Origin: Candidatus Marinacidobacterales bacterium
GTDB taxonomy: Bacteria > Acidobacteriota > Vicinamibacteria > Marinacidobacterales > DATDRI01
NCBI GenBank assembly: GCA_965226495.1
Contig: OZ245365.1
Location: 6,016,001 to 6,080,000 of the forward strand
Reading direction: 5' to 3'
Length of the DNA stretch: 64,000 nucleotides
Made by a program: the position numbers and the translations under genes. Below the pieces are notes generated by a model. The model saw only the letters and a list, made by a program, of their open reading frames with translations. It was not told the origin of the DNA and made no database searches. Shown here piece by piece: positions 57,246 through 64,000 of this stretch; positions within the stretch are counted from its first letter, which is position 1, and each line of letters begins with the position of its first letter.

Positions 57246-58216
57246 GGTGGTGTGATCCTCGGGTCCAGCCGGAAGTAGAGCAGGTCGGTGACGAGGTTGG
57301 TGATGATGACGGTCAGCGAGACGACGAGGAAGATCCCGCTGAGAAGCGCGTAGTCCCGCGACAGAACCGCATCCAACATCAAGCTTCCGATTCCCGGCCA
57401 GGCAAAGACGATCTCGATGAGAGCCGAGGCTGCGAACATGAAACCGATCTGGTGGCCGAAGAGCGTGACGATCGGGATGAGAGCGTTGCGGAGCCCGTGC
57501 CGTATCAGGAGCGCTCCCTCGGCGACCCCCTTGGATCGCGCCGCGGTGATGAAATCCAGGGAGAGCACGTCGATCATGCTGGACCGGGTGAGCCTCGAAA
57601 AAAGGGCCATCTGGTGGAAGCCCAGGGTGAGAGCGGGAAGCAGGAGATGGCTCAGCAGATCCCAAAGGTAGGCGAACCCCGTCGAGTCGGACCCGATGGT
57701 GGTCATACCCGACAGGGGAATCCCGCTTCCGGAAAAGACCAGGATTAGGATCATCCCGGTCCAAAACATGGGCTGCGAGTAGCCCACCAGCGAGATAACC
57801 GAGATCGCATTGTCCAAGGAGGAACGCGCCTTCTTGGCCGCAATGACCCCCAGCGTGATCCCGACAAAGGCGGCGAGAAAGAGCGCAGTGAACGTCAGCA
57901 GCAGCGTATTGGGCAGCCGGTCCAGAATGACGGCTAGGACCGGTTCCTGAAAGAACGTCGAAAACCCGAGATCGCCGACCAGGAGCTTTTTGATATAGAT
58001 GATGTACTGGGTGGCGAGCGGCTGGTCGAGACCGAACTCGGTCCGTATCTCTTGGTAGTACTCCTCGGTGATCGAGGTCCCCCCGATGAAGTAGACCGGA
58101 TCGCCAGGCGCGAGGCGGCAAAGGAGAAAAACCAGCGTCAAGACGACGAGGGTGACCGGAATGATCTGCAGCAGTCGCGCGGCCACGTAGCGGCCGAGTT
58201 TCGATCGAACCGGCAA
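57242..58216 (-). CDS. Peptide/nickel ABC permease (DppB-like)
   Basis: PGDP, GLDQP, GDLG.S, ARSKG, HGLRNALIP, E.VFAWPG.G, RDY, LDPRI. Confidence 0.9.
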   Translation of the reverse strand: MPVRSKLGRYVAARLLQIIPVTLVVLTLVFLLCRLAPGDPVYFIGGTSITEEYYQEIRTEFGLDQPLATQYIIYIKKLLVGDLGFSTFFQEPVLAVILDRLPNTLLLTFTALFLAAFVGITLGVIAAKKARSSLDNAISVISLVGYSQPMFWTGMILILVFSGSGIPLSGMTTIGSDSTGFAYLWDLLSHLLLPALTLGFHQMALFSRLTRSSMIDVLSLDFITAARSKGVAEGALLIRHGLRNALIPIVTLFGHQIGFMFAASALIEIVFAWPGIGSLMLDAVLSRDYALLSGIFLVVSLTVIITNLVTDLLYFRLDPRITPP

Positions 58217-58250
58217 GGCCCGAGCATCTTACCAAAATTTATGGAATGCT

Positions 58251-59852
58251 ATGGAATCCATGGTTACGCGAATAACGCTTCTCGCTTTCGTCGCGGTGCT
58301 GGTGCCGTCTGGGATGTCGGCCCAGACAGTAGAAGCCGCGCCGGGGCGCGGTGGTGTGCTCAACATCGCTCTCAGCAGCCCCATTCAGTCTCTGACCGCC
58401 GCCACGACGCACCATCCGGATCTGATCGCCGCCGGTCCCATGTACGACGCGCTTCTGACGTACGACCGAAACCTCGAGCCCAAGCCTTGGCTCGCCAAAT
58501 CCTGGACGGTCTCGGAAGACGGGCGCACGTACACCTTTGAGCTGGAGCGAAACGTGACTTGGCACGACGGAGAGGCTTTTACCTCGGCCGATGTGAAGTT
58601 CACCATCGACGAGATCCTTCGCAAGTACCATCCTTCCGGAGCGGTCTTGTGGGCGAACGTCGACGCCATCGAGACTCCGGATCCGAATACCGTCGTCTTC
58701 CAGCTCGCTCGGCCGTCGGCGGTTTTCCTCAAGATCCTCGGACCCTACCACGCCAAGATCATGCCGAAACACATCTACGAGGGTAAGAGTTTCCTGAGGA
58801 ATCCCGCTAACCGTCGACCGGTCGGAACCGGCCCCTTCAAGTTCCGTGAACATCGCCGCGGGAGCTACCTCATCGTCGAGAAGAATCCCGACTACTGGAA
58901 GAAGGGTCTACCTTACTTAGACCGCATCGTTAGCAAGGTGGTTCCCAACGCCGCCGCCCGGATCGCGGCCCTCGAAAACGGTGAAGTCGATCTCATACCC
59001 ATCTACATGCCAGTCCACGAGATCCCGCGCGTCGAGAAGAACCCGAAGTTTGCGGTGACCGCGGGAGGTTATGAGGGAGGCGCCGGGGTCTGCATGCTGA
59101 AGCTCAATTTGCGACGAAAGCCTCTGAGCGACCTCAAGGTCCGCCAGGCTTTGAGCTATGCCCTCGACAAGGACTTGATTCACAAGCTTGCCGGTTACGG
59201 CTACGGACGTCGAACCGACGGATTCTTGCCTCGGGGCGTTGGCGATTGGTACAACGATAGCCAGGCGACCTACGAGCACGACATTGAAAAAGCCAACCAG
59301 CTTCTAGACGAAGCCGGTTCTCCGAGAGGCGCCGGGGGCATGCGCTTCAAGCTCCAGACCGAGCTCCCCGCCGGCCACCTCACCCACATACGAAATTGCG
59401 AGGTCGCGAAAGAGCAGCTCAAGAAGGTCGGCATCGACATGGTACTCAACCTGCGCGACGTCGGGAGTCATCTCGACATCGTTTACAGCAAATGGGATTT
59501 CGACATCGCGGTGGCCGGGCATGGAATTCAGTTTGATCCCGCCCTCGGAGGTGCGCGCTACCTGACCACCGAGCAGGCGGCAAAGGTCCCGTTCACCAAT
59601 GGCGGGGGTTACAGCAACCCACGTGTCGACGAGCTCTTTGCCCAGGTCAGAATTGAGACCGATACGGACACCCGCCGAGAGATGTTCTACGAGATCCAGA
59701 GGATTCTCGCGCAGGATATTCCGGTGATTTGGCTCTACGACTTTCCGAACCCTACGGCGTACAACCGCGATCTCCTCGGCATACCAATGGGCCCTTCGAG
59801 CTGGGGCGAGAATTACGCCACCGTGGGATGGAGAGCGGGCTCGCGGAAGTAG
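58251..59852 (+). CDS. Family 5 ABC substrate-binding protein
   Basis: LAKSW.VSEDG.TYTF.L...V.WHDG..FTSADVKFT, PVGTGPF, NPDYW.KG.PYLD. Confidence 0.92.
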   Translation: MESMVTRITLLAFVAVLVPSGMSAQTVEAAPGRGGVLNIALSSPIQSLTAATTHHPDLIAAGPMYDALLTYDRNLEPKPWLAKSWTVSEDGRTYTFELERNVTWHDGEAFTSADVKFTIDEILRKYHPSGAVLWANVDAIETPDPNTVVFQLARPSAVFLKILGPYHAKIMPKHIYEGKSFLRNPANRRPVGTGPFKFREHRRGSYLIVEKNPDYWKKGLPYLDRIVSKVVPNAAARIAALENGEVDLIPIYMPVHEIPRVEKNPKFAVTAGGYEGGAGVCMLKLNLRRKPLSDLKVRQALSYALDKDLIHKLAGYGYGRRTDGFLPRGVGDWYNDSQATYEHDIEKANQLLDEAGSPRGAGGMRFKLQTELPAGHLTHIRNCEVAKEQLKKVGIDMVLNLRDVGSHLDIVYSKWDFDIAVAGHGIQFDPALGGARYLTTEQAAKVPFTNGGGYSNPRVDELFAQVRIETDTDTRREMFYEIQRILAQDIPVIWLYDFPNPTAYNRDLLGIPMGPSSWGENYATVGWRAGSRK

Positions 59853-59865
59853 CGCGTTGGGCTAG

Positions 59866-60570
59866 TTACTGGAGTGGGGCGCGGATCGCCTTGATGGCGA
59901 GCTTAGCGTCCCCTGCCATGTCGCCGGCCCACTGATCTTCCGCCTTCTTCTCGAGAGCGGGGATGAATACCGAACCCTTCGCTCCCTCCTCACGCATCCC
60001 GTTAATGACTGCCATTTCCAAAGAGTAGAGGACGAACCGGATCGCGTTTTCCTCGGTCGCCGCGAATGCCGCGGCCTGGATCTCTTCGCGCGTGGCGTTT
60101 TCGAATCCGCCGAAGACGAAATCCTTGATCGCAAACTTGTCGTAGTCTGTTAGTACGGTTTGCCCCGACACGAGATTCTTCACTTCGAGGTTGGCGTGTA
60201 CGATACCGGGATCGTAATCCCCGTCGCTCGTTTCTCGCGTTATTTCTCTCTCGAAGGTCAAATCGATCTCGACAACCGGTTTAGCCCCCTCTTTGACCGG
60301 GGAGAGGTAGTCCAGATAGGCCTCCCACAAGTTGGAGCCGTTGATGAACTGGGCGATTTCTTCTCGGTGCTCATACGGCGCGGCGAGTTTGCAACGCGGG
60401 TCGAGCTTCTTACTTGTGCAAGAAAGGGTTGGGAGAAGCCCAACCGTGAAGACCGTTAGAAGGCAGAGAAGCCGTGCTCGGTTAGGCTCGATCGGGCCGA
60501 TCGGGGTGGACATCGGCGACCTCCTTGATTGCCGTCGAGCGGAAATAGCTCGGCGGACCGCCAAACGCAT
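59866..60570 (-). CDS. Hypothetical lipoprotein-like protein
   Basis: Hydrophobic segment ending TLSC; true start probably downstream (MSTPIG). No family recognised. Confidence 0.6.
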   Translation of the reverse strand: MRLAVRRAISARRQSRRSPMSTPIGPIEPNRARLLCLLTVFTVGLLPTLSCTSKKLDPRCKLAAPYEHREEIAQFINGSNLWEAYLDYLSPVKEGAKPVVEIDLTFEREITRETSDGDYDPGIVHANLEVKNLVSGQTVLTDYDKFAIKDFVFGGFENATREEIQAAAFAATEENAIRFVLYSLEMAVINGMREEGAKGSVFIPALEKKAEDQWAGDMAGDAKLAIKAIRAPLQ

Positions 60571-60675
60571 TGGTGTCAGATTGGAAATGGGGTTTCTACA
60601 AATAGTCTAACACGGCTCTGTATCGTGCTAAAGCACTAGGCAGGCCAGATGAGAATGTCTGCCTGGGGCGGTCGC

Positions 60676-62163
60676 TCAACCCAAATAGGCTAGATAGAAG
60701 CCGAGGACACCAAAAACAGTCAACGCCAGTCCCGAAATCACAAGGCCAGTCACGAGAAACGGCCCCATACGGAGGCCCTCGGGTAGGTGCAGCCGATTGC
60801 TTCCGAGCATCGCAAAACACCACATCCCGCACGTGAAGGTAGCGGAGATGATCGCAGCGGGGGTGACGACGGCGACGGGATCCAAGTTCCACCACAGAAG
60901 GGCCAATCCGACGACGCCGCAGACGACGCAGGTCCAGAGTCGGAAAACGCGCAGCGGCACGGTCTTCCACTTCGGGACCGCGACGGTGAGACACTCGTAG
61001 ACCGAACGGGAATAAAGCTCGTACCCACCGTACATCGTCCCGAAGAACGCGAAGAAGATCCCGGTCTTGTAGAGGAGTCCGAGAAGCCACTGGACGCCCG
61101 GGTGTTGGCTGTCCTTGACTAGAAACGCCTCCTGCTTCGTTATGAGTGCGCCGGCCTCGGGTACGATCTGGTTCGGATGGAGAATCGCCGCCCCCAGAGT
61201 CGCGAAAAACAGAGTGAAAATAATAATCGCGGCAAACGAAATCCCGACGTCGATCTTAGGCGCTCGCAGCCAAGAACGCCCGAGCGCCAAGTTGTCCCGA
61301 GACTCGTCGATACTACCCTGGAATCGATCGTGCGGAGCGACGGAGCGAGCCAGCAATCCCCAACCTTTCTCGCGCAAGGTGCCGAGGTAGCCGAAATAGT
61401 CCACCGTGCCACCACCGATGACGCCGAGGTAGACGATGACCTCGACCCACGGGTCCCGCGTCGCGAGTGTCGTCTTTTCTATGATCCATGGTTCGTAGTG
61501 GGGAATCGTCGGAATGAAAATGCCTTGGACCAACGCCAGAAGGTCCGGCCTGGATGCGACGACGGCGATGAACATTGAGAAGAGTAGCAATCCGACGACA
61601 AAGGTCTGAACCCTCTCCAGAAATCCATACGTTTGGTACAAAGTGAGGCCGATCGCGACGACGATGTAAAGAGTGCCCCAAATTCGCGCGAACGTATCGA
61701 ACGTCACCTTTGACTCGAATGCGGTCGCGGCGGAAATTGTCGCCGACTCCGGAGTGACGGCAATCCCGAATATCGAGTTCGTGAAATCGCCGAGCATTCT
61801 CGGTAATCCACCGCCGAGGAAGAGTGGCATGCAGATCAAAGTGAGGACGGTCATGACTGGAACGAACCAACCCCGGAGCCCCGGAAGCTGGGCCCAGCTC
61901 TCGAGGGGGTGCCTCCCGGTCAACGTGATAAACCGAGCACCGCTGTAGACCTGGACGAACTTGATGACGGCGCCTAGGACGAAGCACCACATCAGTGTGT
62001 ATCCGAAGATGGCACCGCCACGAGACGCGAAGATCGTTTCACCGTTGCCGATCGTCACCGACGCGATGATGGCGCCAGGTCCGAAAATCTTGAGTGTCCC
62101 GAGGAGGGAGCGATCACGAAGCTCGGTGGTGAGATCGGGGTACTTGGCGGGGGTGGCCGACAT
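60676..62163 (-). CDS. NRAMP-like (YcsG-type) transporter
   Basis: GPGAIIASVTIGNGE, GA.FGY.L.W, multiple TM helices. Confidence 0.8.
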   Translation of the reverse strand: MSATPAKYPDLTTELRDRSLLGTLKIFGPGAIIASVTIGNGETIFASRGGAIFGYTLMWCFVLGAVIKFVQVYSGARFITLTGRHPLESWAQLPGLRGWFVPVMTVLTLICMPLFLGGGLPRMLGDFTNSIFGIAVTPESATISAATAFESKVTFDTFARIWGTLYIVVAIGLTLYQTYGFLERVQTFVVGLLLFSMFIAVVASRPDLLALVQGIFIPTIPHYEPWIIEKTTLATRDPWVEVIVYLGVIGGGTVDYFGYLGTLREKGWGLLARSVAPHDRFQGSIDESRDNLALGRSWLRAPKIDVGISFAAIIIFTLFFATLGAAILHPNQIVPEAGALITKQEAFLVKDSQHPGVQWLLGLLYKTGIFFAFFGTMYGGYELYSRSVYECLTVAVPKWKTVPLRVFRLWTCVVCGVVGLALLWWNLDPVAVVTPAAIISATFTCGMWCFAMLGSNRLHLPEGLRMGPFLVTGLVISGLALTVFGVLGFYLAYLG

Positions 62164-62186
62164 TTGATGGGCCGCGCGATTCAGGC

Positions 62187-63440
62187 CTAGTGGAATCCGC
62201 AGGCGTTGAGCACCGTGAGCGCATAAATCTTGGTTTGCTTCACCAGCTCATCGATCTCCAAGTACTCATTCGGTTTGTGAACCCTTCCAATGGAGCCCGA
62301 TCCATACGTGACGCCAGGAATCCCGCGGGTCAGAAAGGCCTCGAGCTCTCCCGTTCCTCCGATGGAAGAAAAACGGGCGTCGATGTCGATCGATTCCGCA
62401 GCGTTCCGGATCGCGGTTACGATGGGCTCGCCTTCACTAATTTCTATTGGCTGCCTACTGCTCAAGACATTGATGCTCCCGATACGGAAGTCCGGATCGG
62501 CCTCTTTGAGACCTTCGATCATTCTCTCGAGCTCATCCATGAATCTCTGGGTTGTGTAGGGCGCCGACACTCGAATCCCTAGGCCCACTTTGCAGGCTTT
62601 CGGTATGTCTCCGAATCTCTCGGCCAGGCCTTCGATGGCGCAGACGTTCAAGCTTTCTCGCCCCTGCACCGGACCTTCCTTGAGCTCGACTCGGTCCAAG
62701 GCCTCGATGAACTGCATCGCTTTCTTGATGGCATTGAGGCCGTGTCGATTCGCTACGTGACCCACTTCGCCCACGATCTCGAACTCGATTAAAAGCCTTC
62801 CGTTGAACGACCCACAGATGTTCTCGAGCCCGGAGGCCTCACCGTTAATGACTATCTCGGGCAGCGGATAGCCCGCCTCTTCGAAGCCTTGCTCCACGAG
62901 AAAGCTCATTCCTGGCCACTTGAGATGCTCGAGGCGCCCTTCGTCGTCCACCGAGGCAACGAGCATCAAGCTGCCTTTCAACCCGATTCCTAGATCTCGG
63001 ATCGCCTTGGCCACCAAAACTTGAGCCGCCATAGCGCATTTGGCGTCACACGTGCCTCTCCCCAAGACCTTCCCTTGTTCGATTTCGGCGCCGAAGGGGT
63101 CGAACCGCCACACGTTGGGGTCTCCCACACCGACCACATCCATGTGGGTGCCTATCATGAGGACCGGTTTCTTCTCCGTCCCTTCGATGAGCGCCACTAC
63201 GTTGGGTCGCGGATACTCGAGGCCCACCCTTTCGACCTTCTCCTTCGGCGCGGAAACGAGATCGGCGCGTACCCCGAGGGCATGGAATTCTTGCTTCATC
63301 CTCTGAGAAATCGCCGCGTAGTCGCCGTGGGGGAACACGCTGGGAATACGTACGAGCTCGCAGAAGAGGCTGACCAACTCGTCTTTATGCTGGTCTACGT
63401 ATTCGACGACCCTTTTTCGTGTCGCACCGTTTCCAGGCAT
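62187..63440 (-). CDS. M20 peptidase (ArgE/DapE-like)
   Basis: HMDVV, GRGTCDAK, DDE, GEAS, HKPNE. Confidence 0.88.
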   Translation of the reverse strand: MPGNGATRKRVVEYVDQHKDELVSLFCELVRIPSVFPHGDYAAISQRMKQEFHALGVRADLVSAPKEKVERVGLEYPRPNVVALIEGTEKKPVLMIGTHMDVVGVGDPNVWRFDPFGAEIEQGKVLGRGTCDAKCAMAAQVLVAKAIRDLGIGLKGSLMLVASVDDEGRLEHLKWPGMSFLVEQGFEEAGYPLPEIVINGEASGLENICGSFNGRLLIEFEIVGEVGHVANRHGLNAIKKAMQFIEALDRVELKEGPVQGRESLNVCAIEGLAERFGDIPKACKVGLGIRVSAPYTTQRFMDELERMIEGLKEADPDFRIGSINVLSSRQPIEISEGEPIVTAIRNAAESIDIDARFSSIGGTGELEAFLTRGIPGVTYGSGSIGRVHKPNEYLEIDELVKQTKIYALTVLNACGFH

Positions 63441-63551
63441 CTTTTGAACCTCGTGGCATCTTACCAGAACGACTGCGCGACCCGGAAAGCTTGCTTCGAG
63501 TACGGCTCTAGAGTACTTTGCCTGTGATAGAAACTTCTTCCGCCCTAGTGA

Positions 63552-64000
63552 ATGATGCAATCAGTTCCTTGGCTCGCCATCCTTTCCGTCGTCGGGACCA
63601 CCGCGATAGTCGCGGGTGAGGACTGGCCCGAGTTTCGCGGGAAGGGTCGGCTGGGAGTTTGGAACGAGGACGGCATCCTCGAGAGCTTCCCAGATCAGGG
63701 GCTCGACGTGATCTGGAGGACTCCCATCGGTAGCGGCTATTCCGGCCCGGCGGTTGCCGATGGACGGGTCTTCGTGACCGACTTCCGCCGCGTCGAACGC
63801 TTTCGTGGGTTCGAGCGGATTCTCTGCCTCGACGAGCAGAGCGGCGAGATCTTGTGGGAAAGAGAGTGGGAGGCCGACTACACCGGACTTCACGAGATCT
63901 TTGCCATCGGCCCCCGCGCCACCCCTACCGTCGACGGAACCCGCGTCTACGTCTTGGGAACTATGGGCAAGCTCGTGGTCCTGGACGTGGCATCGGGTCA
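63552..64000 (+). CDS. PQQ-like beta-propeller protein (runs off window end)
   Basis: Manual translation MMQSVPWLAILSVVGTTAIVAGEDWPEFRG...WRTPIGSGYSGPAVADGRVF...GPRATPTVDG. Confidence 0.85.
   Translation, partial: MMQSVPWLAILSVVGTTAIVAGEDWPEFRGKGRLGVWNEDGILESFPDQGLDVIWRTPIGSGYSGPAVADGRVFVTDFRRVERFRGFERILCLDEQSGEILWEREWEADYTGLHEIFAIGPRATPTVDGTRVYVLGTMGKLVVLDVASG

Noticed and set aside
57246-58235. 606-aa dppC ORF extension
   Set aside because: It is an off-frame overlap with dppB; the real start is the ATG at 57245.
1-64000. rRNA and tRNA genes
   Set aside because: None were recognised by eye; tRNAscan-SE or Infernal would be needed to exclude them.

Overview
GC-rich bacterial chromosomal window, probably Acidobacteriota (inference from an ADOP-type duplicated ABC permease, several Ser/Thr kinase-TolB-propeller fusions and many exported hydrolases). 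The left 7.2 kb is a minus-strand integron cassette array. It has four clear attC sites and a probable attI with a Pc promoter at about 7.12-7.18 kb, but no intI gene in the window. Its cassettes are glycerol dehydrogenase, an NTF2-like protein, two hypotheticals, a BrnTA module with a broken toxin, and NmrA plus DUF1772. An IS30-family element sits at exactly the same position beside two different attC sites. A second attI-like core lies inside the array. A 500-bp ORF-less structured segment ends like an IS1111/IS110 right end and carries an internal 9-nt copy of its own attC junction, a candidate orphan seek/bridge-like RNA. The rest of the window holds two exported FAM20-like atypical kinase domains (one fused to a phosphatase), ppk2, alpha-2-macroglobulin plus pbpC, and three Hanks kinases (one fused to PEGA and TonB). 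It also has an HNH gene with two 24-bp palindromes, GGT, amidohydrolases, pyruvate carboxylase, transporters, IS1182, decayed toxin-antitoxin modules and a fragmented GHKL ATPase. All calls come from motif reading; no database searches were run.
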